Source of the DNA: Candidatus Entotheonellaceae bacterium
Lineage (GTDB): Bacteria > Tectomicrobia > Entotheonellia > Entotheonellales > Entotheonellaceae
Assembly: GCA_965238075.1 (NCBI GenBank)
Contig: OZ250173.1
Span: 2,144,001 to 2,208,000 of the forward strand
Direction of reading: 5' to 3'
DNA: 64,000 nt
Of this stretch, positions 29,669-39,805 are shown one piece after another. The notes below the pieces were generated by a model. It saw nothing but the letters and a program-made list of their open reading frames with translations, was not told the origin of the DNA and did not search any database. The translations under genes were made by a program, and so were the position numbers. Numbering within the stretch: position 1 is the stretch's first letter; every line of letters begins with the position of its first letter.

Positions 29669-30565
29669 ATGCCAAAGCGCTACCGGGACATCACCGGCGA
29701 CGGCGGCTCGAACATTGCTGGCCAAGTGTCGGCGCAGGCCGAGCGTCTCAAGGCCCGCATGGCCGGTGTTCGGCACACTATCGCGGTCATGAGCGGCAAG
29801 GGCGGCGTGGGCAAGAGCGCCATCACCACCAACTTGGCGGCGTACTTCGCCAGGGAAGGCTGGCGCGTTGGGGTCGTTGACGCGGACATCAACGGACCCT
29901 CGATCGCCAAGATGCTCGGTGTGCGCGGCCATTCGCTCAACCTCGACGCCGGCGGCGTTTTCCCGGCCCTCGGCCCCCTCGACATCCGCGTGATTTCCAT
30001 GGACCTCTTCCTGAAGGAAGATCAGACGCCGGTCGTCTGGGACGGCCCGCAAGCCGAGACCTTCGTCTGGCGCGGCACCATGGAAATGCACACCCTGCGC
30101 GAGTTTCTCGCCGATGTGCATTGGGGCGAACTGGATATTCTGCTTATCGACCTTCCCCCCGGCACCGACCGCTTGGCTACCCTCCACGACCTGCTGCCCG
30201 ACCTGCACGGCAGCGTCGTTGTGACCATTCCGTCGGCTGTTTCCCAGCTGATCGTCTCGAAGTCGATCACCATGGCGCGCGATCTCTTGCACACGCCTGT
30301 CATTGGCCTGGTGGAAAACATGACGGCCTACGTCTGCCCCACCTGCGGCGCCACGCACCCGCTTTTCGCCCCCCCGCCGCAGGCTGAGACGCTTGCCGGC
30401 GTGCCATTGCTGGGCCGCGTGCCCTTCGATCCCCGCATGGCGCTGGCCGGCGACAAGGGGGTGCCGTTCATCCTCGAAGACGCCACGTCCCCGGCTGCCC
30501 AAGCCCTCGCGCAGGTGGGGGAGGGCGTCCTGAACTTTGTCAACTCCGGGAGTCCCGTATCATGA
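29669..30565 (+). CDS. mrp: Mrp/NBP35/ApbC Fe-S carrier ATPase
   Basis: SGKGGVGKS, DADINGPS, DLPPGT, GLVENM...CPTC. Confidence 0.92.
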   Translation: MPKRYRDITGDGGSNIAGQVSAQAERLKARMAGVRHTIAVMSGKGGVGKSAITTNLAAYFAREGWRVGVVDADINGPSIAKMLGVRGHSLNLDAGGVFPALGPLDIRVISMDLFLKEDQTPVVWDGPQAETFVWRGTMEMHTLREFLADVHWGELDILLIDLPPGTDRLATLHDLLPDLHGSVVVTIPSAVSQLIVSKSITMARDLLHTPVIGLVENMTAYVCPTCGATHPLFAPPPQAETLAGVPLLGRVPFDPRMALAGDKGVPFILEDATSPAAQALAQVGEGVLNFVNSGSPVS

Positions 30566-31062
30566 AATTTGTCTGTATCGAGTGCGATGAGCCGATGAAG
30601 TTTGCCAAGAACGACGGCCTGGATGACGACGGCTCACTGTCGGTGAGCTTTCTGTGTCCCAGTTGCGAGTGGGGCGTGACGCTCTTGACCAACCCGCAGG
30701 AAACGCAGATGGTGCGGTCGCTGGGCGTGAAGATCGGCGGCAGCACTGTGCCCCCGAAGCCCATGGAGATGCTGCAAACGCATCTGGCCGGGCAGCGCTC
30801 CGAATCCCGGGAAGTGGCCGTGCAGGAGCCCGCCAGCGGCTCGGCCTGCCCGTTTTCCGCCCTGGTTCAGGACGTTTATCAAGAGACCGAGGCGCCGGTC
30901 GCTCTGCCGTGGTCTGCAGAGGCGACCGAACGCCTGCAACGGGTGCCGGAATTCATTCGGCCCATGGCGCAGAAGGGAATCGAGACGTTTGCCCGCGAAC
31001 AGGGCGTCGCCGAGATCACGCCGAACGTGATGGAAGCGGCCCGGGAACACATGGGCATGTAA
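30562..31062 (+). CDS. Zn-ribbon-like (2x CxxC) + PCP_red domain protein
   Basis: CIEC...CPSC, central CPF, C-terminal WSAEATERLQRVPEFIRPMA. Confidence 0.8.
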   Translation: MKFVCIECDEPMKFAKNDGLDDDGSLSVSFLCPSCEWGVTLLTNPQETQMVRSLGVKIGGSTVPPKPMEMLQTHLAGQRSESREVAVQEPASGSACPFSALVQDVYQETEAPVALPWSAEATERLQRVPEFIRPMAQKGIETFAREQGVAEITPNVMEAAREHMGM

Positions 31063-31076
31063 GGTGAGGGGCGGGG

Positions 31077-31529
31077 TTATTCTTTTTTGTGCATATAGCC
31101 CAGCAGGCGGCGCATTGAGCGGTGGTATTCCTGTATGCTGCAACGGCTGCAAACCTGGTCTTTCTTCTCGATGCCCTTGTCGCTGGCGCGCGTCATGTAG
31201 AGCCAATTGAAATAGCCCTCGTCCACGTGGTAGAGCCGGTAGACCACGTCCACGCCCAGTATCTCCCGCACCTGCACCAGACAGTCGTCCTCGTTGCAAT
31301 TCGCGGCTTGCGCCTCTGCCTGCTGCACCTGTTCCCGCGGCAGCAGCGTGTAATATTCCGATAACGCCGCCCACAGACCGTCTGTCACGGCCTTCTTTTC
31401 CTCCGAGCCCACACCCTTCATCAGGGTGGTCATCACCGCCGCGTTCGTCTTCTCCTCAGCCTGCGCAAAAGGCCCCGCGAGGCACGTCAGCAATACCATG
31501 CCGCAGGCCAGTCCCAGCTTCCACCTCAT
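31077..31529 (-). CDS. Hypothetical secreted protein
   Basis: Signal peptide, CNEDDC and CSRC, SD AGGAG. Confidence 0.65.
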   Translation of the reverse strand: MRWKLGLACGMVLLTCLAGPFAQAEEKTNAAVMTTLMKGVGSEEKKAVTDGLWAALSEYYTLLPREQVQQAEAQAANCNEDDCLVQVREILGVDVVYRLYHVDEGYFNWLYMTRASDKGIEKKDQVCSRCSIQEYHRSMRRLLGYMHKKE

Positions 31530-31552
31530 CTACGCTTCTCCTTTGTCCTTGT

Positions 31553-31700
31553 GGTCCCCTCCCCCCTCCGCGGGGGAGGGCTAGGGAGAGGGGGATGCTC
31601 CCGCATGCTGCCCGCTACCCACCCACAATCAGGCGGGCTTCAAAACACACGAAATCGACAAGATGTCTCCCGGCTCCCGCCAGGGGAGAGGGGGAGGAAA
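31553..31700. repeat. GC-rich REP-like palindromes (CCCCTCCCCC..GGGGGAGGG family)
   Basis: GGTCCCCTCCCCCCTCCGCGGGGGAGGGCTAGGGAGAGGGG is the reverse complement of the unit at about 49224-49264. Confidence 0.75.
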
Positions 31701-31842
31701 AACGCCTTGTCTCAAACGGGAAGCATATATAGAAATTCCAACCATGGTGTCATTTGGCAGCCAAGCCAAACGAGAAAGGTCGGAGGCGAACCCCCGACCG
31801 CCCCAAGTATTCCTGTCGGGCAGGGGGTTTGTCAACCGGCTG

Positions 31843-34260
31843 TCACGCCTCGTCGTGCATCCGCCAAAACGCCGCGATGTCCTGCTGAAAGTCGCTCGTG
31901 ACCAGTTCGCGGGGCGTTTTAGCGTACCAATGGGACGGGAATAGCGACGCGTAGTTGCTGTGGGAAAACCGTTTGTCCACCAGCACGACGATGCCGACAT
32001 CCGTTTCCGAGCGAATGACCCGGCCCGCTGACTGCACCACGCGGTTCATGCCTGGGTAGAGATAGGCATAGGCAAAGCCCTGCGTGTACTTCTCCTCGTA
32101 GTAGGCGCGAATGAGCTCCTGTTCGCCGTCGACGCGCGGCAGGCCGGGTCCCACCACGATGACGCCCGACAGCATAGCGCCCGGATAATCAACGCCCTCC
32201 GCGAAAATCCCGCCCTGTACGCCCATCAGCAAGACCGGCTCGGTGTCGGGCTGCCGCAATCGCTGCAACACCCGTTCGCGGTCCGCCTCCGACATCGTTC
32301 GCGCCTGCTCGATCACCCGGTGGGCCGGCACCTGCCGCATGAAGGCGCGCACCATGCGCAGGTATGCGAAGCTGGGAAAGAACACGCCGTAATTGCCGGG
32401 CCGCTGGGCCACGACGGTCTCGATAATGTGCGCCGCTTGCGGCGCGTCCCGCTGCCGCTCGCGGTACGTGGTGGCGATGTCCGGCACGACCAGAATCTGC
32501 CGGTTGCGTTCGGGAAACGGCGACGGAAACTCCGCCGTCGTGCTGCGCTCGGGCGGCATGCCCAGCACGTCTTGGTAAAACGGAAACGGCGTCAGGGTGG
32601 CCGACATGGCGATGACGCTGTGGAACCCGCGCAGCCGATCGTGCAGGAAGCGTGACGCATCCTTGCACAGGATTTTGAACGCCGCGCCCTCGGGATGATG
32701 CTGGTAGAGGTAGGAAAACTCGTCGCCCTCCAGCGCCAGCACGTCGCAGAAGCGCTGGAACAGGTAGTAGAACTCCTGCACCGGGTCGCCGTCCTCAGCG
32801 GCCGGCCCGGCCCGGCGGCGGTAGATGGCGTAATCCACCATCAGCCCTTCGAGTTGCCGCCGCAACTCGGCGAAGCGCTCCACGGGCGGCTCGACCCGGA
32901 GCAGCGTCGCCCCTTCGGCAGCGTCCTCGGAGCTGAGCGGCAACAGCGTGATCAGGTTGTCCAGGTCCTGGAAGAACGCTTCGAAGTCGCGGAACAGGCG
33001 CGTCGGCTGGCTGGCGCAGTGGGTCAGCAGGTGACGCAGGGCCTGCTGGCGCAGTATCGGGGAGTAATAGTCGCGCCCGCGGCTGTACAGGTTGTGGGCT
33101 TCGTCGATGATGAGGACGCAATCGTCGTAAGGCGCGTCCTGAAAGAACCGCCGCAGGTGGGCGCCGGGGTCGAAGACGTAGTTGTAATCGCCGATGATGA
33201 CGTCCGCCTCCATGGCGGCGTCCAAGGATAGCTCAAAGGGGCAGACGCGATGCCGGAAGGCCGCCGCGGCACACGCCGCCGGGCCGATCAACGGTAGTTC
33301 GAGAAGCGAGTCCACGATCCCGGAGCGTTCCAGCTTGCCGGCGTAATCGTGCGCAAACTCGCACACGCTCTCGTGGCAATAGAACACCTCGTTGACGCAG
33401 CTCTTGGCCTTGGCCCGCAGGTGCACGGCGGTAAACGCGCCGCCGTCGGCGGCAAACCGTTGCAGCGTATCGGCGGCGAGGGTTTGCTGGGTGGTCTTGG
33501 CAGTGACGAAAAACACCCGCAGGCCGTCGCGCAGGGCGTGCTGCAAGGCCGGGTAGAGGACTGCCACGGTCTTGCCGATACCCGTCGGTGCCGCGATGAG
33601 CGTGCATTCATGGTCGCGGATGGTCTTGTCCACGTGCTCGATCATCGCCGTCTGATAAGGACGTACCGTGTCGAAGGGAAACCGCAGCGCTTCCGGGTTG
33701 CGCTTGGCTGCCCGGGCGATGCGAGCCTCGTAGCGCGCCAGAATGCGCCGCACCGGCTCGACGATCAGTGTCTCGTCGTCCCCGGCTTCCACAACCAGCA
33801 CGGTGCAGGCGTTGTCCGTCAGATTGATCAGCACTAAGTGGCCGCGCACCGGCCCGTCGTGCTGCCGATGCAGCAGCGCGATATAGAGGGCAAGTTGGCG
33901 CTCGTAGGTGGGATAATGCCCCAAAGCGATGGCGTCGAATTGCTCCTGCGGCACCAGCAGGCTCTTGATTTCTTCCACCACCAGGGCGTCGTCGGCCTCA
34001 TAAAGCCCGTCGAGGCGTCCGTGCACGTGCACCGTGTAGTCGTCCACCTGCAGTTGCTGCCGGAGGGTGACCTCGGCCTGATAGGCGGGCAGGCGGGATT
34101 GCTGCGCCGCCTGGTAGCGGGCATGCAGGTCGCGGCCCATGGCCGCCCGGCTGCGCAGCCGCGGTACGAGCTGCACGCTGCCGGGGAAGATCATCCCCGC
34201 GAGCAGGTCGCCGATACTCAGCCACAGGGTGCGGGATGGGTGGTCAAATCGAATCGTCAT
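31843..34260 (-). CDS. DinG/Rad3-family Fe-S helicase with N-terminal PD-(D/E)xK (Cas4/AddB-like) nuclease
   Basis: HGRLDGL...VEEIKS, APTGIGKT, Cys cluster C..CHESVC..CPFE, IDEAHN, MSATL, FFPSF, QSAGRVIR. Confidence 0.88.
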   Translation of the reverse strand: MTIRFDHPSRTLWLSIGDLLAGMIFPGSVQLVPRLRSRAAMGRDLHARYQAAQQSRLPAYQAEVTLRQQLQVDDYTVHVHGRLDGLYEADDALVVEEIKSLLVPQEQFDAIALGHYPTYERQLALYIALLHRQHDGPVRGHLVLINLTDNACTVLVVEAGDDETLIVEPVRRILARYEARIARAAKRNPEALRFPFDTVRPYQTAMIEHVDKTIRDHECTLIAAPTGIGKTVAVLYPALQHALRDGLRVFFVTAKTTQQTLAADTLQRFAADGGAFTAVHLRAKAKSCVNEVFYCHESVCEFAHDYAGKLERSGIVDSLLELPLIGPAACAAAAFRHRVCPFELSLDAAMEADVIIGDYNYVFDPGAHLRRFFQDAPYDDCVLIIDEAHNLYSRGRDYYSPILRQQALRHLLTHCASQPTRLFRDFEAFFQDLDNLITLLPLSSEDAAEGATLLRVEPPVERFAELRRQLEGLMVDYAIYRRRAGPAAEDGDPVQEFYYLFQRFCDVLALEGDEFSYLYQHHPEGAAFKILCKDASRFLHDRLRGFHSVIAMSATLTPFPFYQDVLGMPPERSTTAEFPSPFPERNRQILVVPDIATTYRERQRDAPQAAHIIETVVAQRPGNYGVFFPSFAYLRMVRAFMRQVPAHRVIEQARTMSEADRERVLQRLRQPDTEPVLLMGVQGGIFAEGVDYPGAMLSGVIVVGPGLPRVDGEQELIRAYYEEKYTQGFAYAYLYPGMNRVVQSAGRVIRSETDVGIVVLVDKRFSHSNYASLFPSHWYAKTPRELVTSDFQQDIAAFWRMHDEA

Positions 34261-34272
34261 GCGGCTTCCGGG

Positions 34273-35146
34273 TCATACCGTACGGGGTAGTATATGGCGC
34301 TCGGGAGAGCGCCGTATGGTTAGACGCCTCAAAAGCCGATTATGCACCCCGTCGAAGGGGTCGCGTCGGTGTAAGAGAAAGCCATTGTCCCACATTACCA
34401 CGTCGCCAATCTGCCACGTATGCCGGTAGACGAACGCAGCCTGTGTGGCATGGGCCGTAAGGTCATCGAGTAGCTGTGGCCATCGCCATCGGACTTGCCG
34501 ACAATGCCGGAGGTCGTACTGGGGTCGAGATAGATCGATTTTTCGCCTGTGTGAGGATGGACATTCACAATGGGATGGACGACGTCGGGCGTTTGGCGCT
34601 TGACCGCGGCGGGAAGCGGTTTTTCCTCATGGTATCCGGCTTGGCGCTTGGCATAACTGAACACCGCGCAGGTTCCGTCGAGTTGCCGCTTCATGTCGGG
34701 TGGCAAGGCGTCATACGCCAGGCGCAAATTGGCCCAATACGTCTGCCCGCCTGCGGGCGGCATTTCCACCATGTAGGGCAGCGCCCCGGTGGCCGGCTGC
34801 GCCATATGTAAGACTGATCAGAGTGCCATGCCAAGTCGTTTGAGCCCAATCCGCCAATCCGCTCGCCCGCTTCGTTGCGCATGTTCGAAATACGGATCAC
34901 TTCAGGACGCTTCTCCGACCGCCAATCTTGCCGGACGACCGTCTCCAAGACACCAAAACGGCTGGCGAAGGCGATGAGTTCGTCCTCTGAAAGGGCCTGC
35001 CGTCGGAAGATCAAAACGCCGCACGTACGCCATATCTCTTCGAGCAGGTCCACGGTTGTCTGATCGACGTCAGCCCATAAGGCAATATCGCGTACTTCCT
35101 TGACAAAACTGCAACCCGTCGCCTGAACGGTGAGATTCATGGTCAT
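34273..35146 (-). pseudogene. TauD/TfdA 2-oxoglutarate dioxygenase with two frameshifts
   Basis: WHSDQSY, then a 2-bp AT duplication near 34806, GGQTYWAN, a second shift near 34478, then HTWQIGDVVMWDN..LHRR...R to TGA at 34273. Confidence 0.85.
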
Positions 35147-35183
35147 TCCTCCCTGTAGCGGGTTTCAATCCGCTTGCGGCCTT

Positions 35184-36098
35184 TTACCCTGTCGAGCGCA
35201 GACGGGGGTCGAGGGTATCGCGCACGGCATCTCCAAAGAGATTGAAGGCAAAGACCGAGACGGTAATCGCCAAGCCGGGGAAAATAGCCATCCAAGGCGC
35301 GCTCTCGGCATACTCCTCAGCGCCGCCCTGAAGCATCAGCCCCCAGGCCGGCGTGGGTTCTTGAACCCCAAGTCCCAGGTATGAAAGCGAGGCTTCCAGC
35401 AGGATCGCCTGTCCCAGGAACGCCGTCAGCATGATCAGGTAAGGCGCCATGACATTCGGCGTCATATGGCACAGCATGATGCGGGCGTGGCTGAAACCGC
35501 ACGCCCGTGCGGCATCAATGTAGGGCAGTTCACGCACGGCGAGAGCGCTGGAACGTACCACCCGAGCACAACGTGGAATAAAGGGCACAGTGATCGCCAC
35601 GACGACATTGTGGGTGTCGGTGCCAAAGATTGACACGATGGCGAGCGCCATGATGATCAGCGGGAAAGCCATGAAGATGTCCATCAGGCGCTGAAAAAAG
35701 AGGTCGAAACGGCCGCCGAAATACGCACTGGCCACGCCCAACATCAACCCAAGGGAGGCCCCGATAAACGAAGCGACCAGCCCAACGAGCATGGCGGTGC
35801 GAGCCCCATAGACCAGCCTCGACAATACATCGCGGCCAAACTGATCCGTACCAAACCAGTGGGCCGTGCTGGGCGGAACATGCATACGGTCGAAGGCGTT
35901 GCGGACGGGATCGTAGGGGGCGATCACCGGTGCCAGCAGGGCCACCAGGAGCATGCCCAGCACGATGACCGCTCCGGCCGCCCCGAGGGGCTTCTGGCGT
36001 ACCCAGGACAGGGTGGCGCGTCCCAGCCTAACGCCTGTCAAAGCGCCTGACGTTGCTTCACGGGCAACCTGAACAGGGGGCTCCGAAGCGGTCATCAA
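35184..36098 (-). CDS. ABC peptide/nickel transporter permease (DppC-like)
   Basis: HWFGTDQFGRDVLSR, YIDAARACG, EASLSYLGLG, FNLFGDAVRD. Confidence 0.92.
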   Translation of the reverse strand: MMTASEPPVQVAREATSGALTGVRLGRATLSWVRQKPLGAAGAVIVLGMLLVALLAPVIAPYDPVRNAFDRMHVPPSTAHWFGTDQFGRDVLSRLVYGARTAMLVGLVASFIGASLGLMLGVASAYFGGRFDLFFQRLMDIFMAFPLIIMALAIVSIFGTDTHNVVVAITVPFIPRCARVVRSSALAVRELPYIDAARACGFSHARIMLCHMTPNVMAPYLIMLTAFLGQAILLEASLSYLGLGVQEPTPAWGLMLQGGAEEYAESAPWMAIFPGLAITVSVFAFNLFGDAVRDTLDPRLRSTG

Positions 36099-36105
36099 GC
36101 CTCTC

Positions 36106-37077
36106 CTAACGGTAACGAATGCGTGGATCGATCCAGACGTAAATCAGATCAATGACAAAATTGGTCATGATAAATACGAGGGCCACGAGCATGACCAACG
36201 ACTGTGTTAGCGTGTAATCATGATTTCCCACCGATTCAACGAAAAGCTTGCCAAGACCGTTCAAATTGAATACTTGCTCGGTGACGACCAGCCCGCCGAT
36301 CAGGAAGGCAAATTCGATCCCGATAACCGTGACGACAGGCAGCAAGGCATTTTTCAGGGCGTGCCGATTGATGATCAAGTGCTCCACCAATCCCTTGGCG
36401 CGTGCCGTGCGTATGTAGTCCTCCTGCAGAACTTCCAGCAAAGCGGAGCGGGTCATGCGCGCCGCCACGGCGGAATACCGATAGCCGGTGGCCAAAGCCG
36501 GCCACACCAGTTGCGACAGGTTGGCAACCGGGTCCACCCAGATCGGCGTGTACTGGATAGGCGGCATCCAAGGCGTGCCCCAGAGCGCCTGCGTACCGAT
36601 CAGGAGCGCCAGAATAATCAGGATGCCCAGCCAAAAGGAAGGCATGGCCAGGCCGGCAATGCTGAAGGCGCGTACCCCATAGTCGATCCACGTGTCCTGG
36701 TTAATGGCCGATAGGGTTCCGAGTGGAATCGCCAGGAGAATGGCCGTCATCGTGGCCATGATGGCCACTTGCAGCGAGAGTTGAAAACGCAAACCTATTT
36801 CGTAGACGATCGGCCGCCCGGTCCACATGGAAACGCCAAAATCACCGCGTACCATGCCCCATATCCAGTCGAGAAATTGCCTTGGCAGCGACTTGGTCAG
36901 CCCGGCCTGCTCACGGCAGAGCTGGATGGCCTTCTCATCAGCGTAGGCCCCTTCACCAGCGAGCCTGAGTTCGCAAACGTCGCCTGGAATGAGACGCATC
37001 AGCAGGAAGACGAACACGGCCGCCCCCAACAAGGTGGGAATCATCAAGAGCAGCCGCTTGCCAATATACCTCGTCAT
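36106..37077 (-). CDS. ABC peptide/nickel transporter permease (DppB-like)
   Basis: GDFGVS, EDYIRTARAKGL, HALKNA, IDPRIRY. Confidence 0.92.
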   Translation of the reverse strand: MTRYIGKRLLLMIPTLLGAAVFVFLLMRLIPGDVCELRLAGEGAYADEKAIQLCREQAGLTKSLPRQFLDWIWGMVRGDFGVSMWTGRPIVYEIGLRFQLSLQVAIMATMTAILLAIPLGTLSAINQDTWIDYGVRAFSIAGLAMPSFWLGILIILALLIGTQALWGTPWMPPIQYTPIWVDPVANLSQLVWPALATGYRYSAVAARMTRSALLEVLQEDYIRTARAKGLVEHLIINRHALKNALLPVVTVIGIEFAFLIGGLVVTEQVFNLNGLGKLFVESVGNHDYTLTQSLVMLVALVFIMTNFVIDLIYVWIDPRIRYR

Positions 37078-37110
37078 GCGCGTGCACCCTGCGCTGATCA
37101 TGCCGGCACG

Positions 37111-38730
37111 CTATGGCGCCAGCCATACCGTAGACAGATCCTGATTCAAGTAGTGGCTCGGGCCAATTGTCCACCCGCGCACGTTCGAGCGATGGGGAAT
37201 GATACGGTACCACCACAAGGTCACCAGCATGTGGGCCTGCTCATCAAGGGCGCGCTTTTCAAAACGCCGCATGAGCCGTCGCTGCTCGGCCGCGTCCGGG
37301 GTACGGTTCATCCGGTCAAACAGATCGTCGAGCACCCGGTCCTGGTAATTGGCGTAGTTATTCCCCGAGCGGTCATTGGAGACAAACTTCGACACGTCGA
37401 GCAGAGGATTGACGACCGCCTGACAGTTAAAGTCGATACTGACGGCAAAGCGCTTGCTCTGACTTCGCAGGATTTGAAAAAAAGGCCCGGTTGGCTGTAC
37501 CCACTGCTCGGCATTAAGGCCAATATGGCGCCATTGATCGATCAACCAGGTGCCGATGATCTTGTACGGCTGATCCACGCCGCGATTATGCAATTTAAAC
37601 CTGAAACCCTCAGGCACCCCGGCCTGTTGCAACAGGCGGCGCGCCTCGGCCCGTGAGGCCTCGAGGTCCGGCCAGTACCCCGCGATGTCCTGCAGTTCGT
37701 CCGCCGTTGCAGCGAGGGGATGACCTGGAAAGACCACCCCACCCACTGTTTTGACCACGGCAATCTTCGACAGGTACATCGAGCCCCCCCAACGGTCGAT
37801 CGCCAGCGACAGCGCCCGGCGCACGCGCGGGTCGTCAAAAGGTGGCACGAGATGGTTCGGGGTCACCAGGAGGACACAATTCCAGTCAGACTCTTGCACG
37901 GTGATGGCCTCTCCCAGAGCCCGCACCAAGTCCTGGCGGCTTTTTGGAGGAAAGCCGCGAAATTCGATCATGGCCCGGCCCCCACGGATCGCCTGCACAC
38001 GCAACGACTGCTTTTTGGCAAAAATGGCCCGGAAGCCGTCAAGATAGGGTTGGCCCGCATGATGATAGTTCGGATGACGCCTGCCGGTAATAAAGGCGCC
38101 GGGCTGGTGCTCGGTGAAGATAAACGGCCCGGACCCCAGCACCTGGTGCTCGTACCAGTGCATATCCTGCGCCAGTTGCTTGGCGCTGTAGATAAAGTTG
38201 AACGGGCTTGCCAGAGCCGGGATGAATGCCGCTGAAGGGTGGTGCAATTTGAAGACCACGGTGAACTCATCGCTGGCATAAAAGGTGTCCACCATACTGA
38301 AAAAGGCCCGGCGCGCACTGGCCACATCGGCGGGTGGAAAGATGATCTTGTTGAACGTGGCCACGACGTCGTCTGCAGTCACCCTTTGTCCATCCGCGAA
38401 GGTGGCGTTTTGGCGCAGCTTAAACGTATAGGTGGTGCCGTTATCCGTGGGTTCGGGCACCTCGAGGGCCAGATCGCCTACAAAATCGGTTGGAGACCCC
38501 GGATTATCCGGATTGACCCGAATCAGCACGCTGTAGAAGGGGGCAATCGGGTGAATCAAGGCAAAGGTGGTCTCACGATGGCCATCGAAGCTGGGGGGCT
38601 CCGCCGGCACGACATAGGTCAGAATGCCACCGTATGTCGGCGTTTCAGCAAGCGCCGGGCAGCAAGCCACGCCTATCAACAGACCCATCACGACCCACAC
38701 CAGCCCTAACCGTCGTTGGATGCGTTGCAT
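37111..38730 (-). CDS. ABC transporter substrate-binding protein, family 5
   Basis: Signal peptide, YGGIL, TYTFKLR..ATFADG..VTADDV, GSGPF, PYLDG. Confidence 0.9.
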   Translation of the reverse strand: MQRIQRRLGLVWVVMGLLIGVACCPALAETPTYGGILTYVVPAEPPSFDGHRETTFALIHPIAPFYSVLIRVNPDNPGSPTDFVGDLALEVPEPTDNGTTYTFKLRQNATFADGQRVTADDVVATFNKIIFPPADVASARRAFFSMVDTFYASDEFTVVFKLHHPSAAFIPALASPFNFIYSAKQLAQDMHWYEHQVLGSGPFIFTEHQPGAFITGRRHPNYHHAGQPYLDGFRAIFAKKQSLRVQAIRGGRAMIEFRGFPPKSRQDLVRALGEAITVQESDWNCVLLVTPNHLVPPFDDPRVRRALSLAIDRWGGSMYLSKIAVVKTVGGVVFPGHPLAATADELQDIAGYWPDLEASRAEARRLLQQAGVPEGFRFKLHNRGVDQPYKIIGTWLIDQWRHIGLNAEQWVQPTGPFFQILRSQSKRFAVSIDFNCQAVVNPLLDVSKFVSNDRSGNNYANYQDRVLDDLFDRMNRTPDAAEQRRLMRRFEKRALDEQAHMLVTLWWYRIIPHRSNVRGWTIGPSHYLNQDLSTVWLAP

Positions 38731-38782
38731 GGCACTCGTTCTCCTTATTGGCTCCTGATCGGGGTCGGGCAGGTCGCCCGGT

Positions 38783-39805
38783 TTAGATCTCTGTGCACGC
38801 CACCCAATGTCCGGGCGCCGTCTCTCGCAAGGCCGGCGCCTGACGACGGCAGCTGGCAACGGCCATAGGACAACGCGGATGAAAGACACAACCACTTGGG
38901 GGATTGAGCGGGCTTGGCACCTCCCCGGTGAGGATCACGCGCTGGCGACTGTCCTCGACCTGCGGGTCTGGAACCGGCACAGCGGAAAGCAGGGCCTGGG
39001 TGTAGGGATGTTCAGGATGCTCAAAAAGCGTGTCACAGGTGGCCATCTCGACAATCTTGCCCAGGTACATGACCGCCACCCGATGGCACAGATGACGTAC
39101 GACGCTCAAATCATGCGCAATGAAAAGATACGTGAGATGAAAGGCGTCGCGCAGCTCTTCGAGCAGATTGATGATCTGCGCCTGAATGGACACGTCGAGC
39201 GCCGAAACGGGCTCATCGCAGATCAACAAGGCTGGTTGCGTCGACAGGGCCCGCGCAATGCCGACCCGCTGGCGTTGCCCGCCGCTCATCTCGTGTGGAT
39301 AACGTTGGGCCATCTCCGGGCTCAGGCCACAACGACTCAGGAGTTCGTTGACACGTTCCCACCGCCGCCGTCTATCGGGCTCAACGCCGTGTACCTTCAT
39401 GGGTTCCGCAATGATCGCGCCGATCTTCTGACGTGGATTGAGAGCGCTGTAGGGGTCTTGAAAGATCACCTGAATTTTTTGCCGCAGCGGCCGCAACTCC
39501 TGCTCATTGAGTTCAACGAGGTTCGTCCCCTCAAAGCGTATCTGTCCGGCGGTAGGGCGATCGAGCTGCAAGATGCAGCGCCCCAGGGTGGTTTTGCCAC
39601 ACCCGGACTCGCCAACCAGGCCAAGCGTTTCCCCCTGGCTGAGGCGGAAACTCACGTCATCAACCGCCTTGACATGCGCCACCCTCTTCTGGAAGAACAT
39701 GCCTTGGGGGATGGGGAAATACTTTTTGACACCCACCACGTCGAGCAGGCACGCCTCCGTAGCCCTGCCTTCTGCCGCAGGGGTATTCTCAGTCAGCGCT
39801 GTCAT
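38783..39805 (-). CDS. ABC ATP-binding protein (DppF/OppF-like)
   Basis: GESGCGKT, MSGGQRQR, CDEPVSALD, C-terminal GCVFHPRC. Confidence 0.94.
   Translation of the reverse strand: MTALTENTPAAEGRATEACLLDVVGVKKYFPIPQGMFFQKRVAHVKAVDDVSFRLSQGETLGLVGESGCGKTTLGRCILQLDRPTAGQIRFEGTNLVELNEQELRPLRQKIQVIFQDPYSALNPRQKIGAIIAEPMKVHGVEPDRRRRWERVNELLSRCGLSPEMAQRYPHEMSGGQRQRVGIARALSTQPALLICDEPVSALDVSIQAQIINLLEELRDAFHLTYLFIAHDLSVVRHLCHRVAVMYLGKIVEMATCDTLFEHPEHPYTQALLSAVPVPDPQVEDSRQRVILTGEVPSPLNPPSGCVFHPRCPMAVASCRRQAPALRETAPGHWVACTEI

Noticed and set aside
31843-34260. Type IV CRISPR CasDinG or Cas4
   Set aside because: No array or other cas genes, and no Cas4 four-Cys pattern in the nuclease domain.
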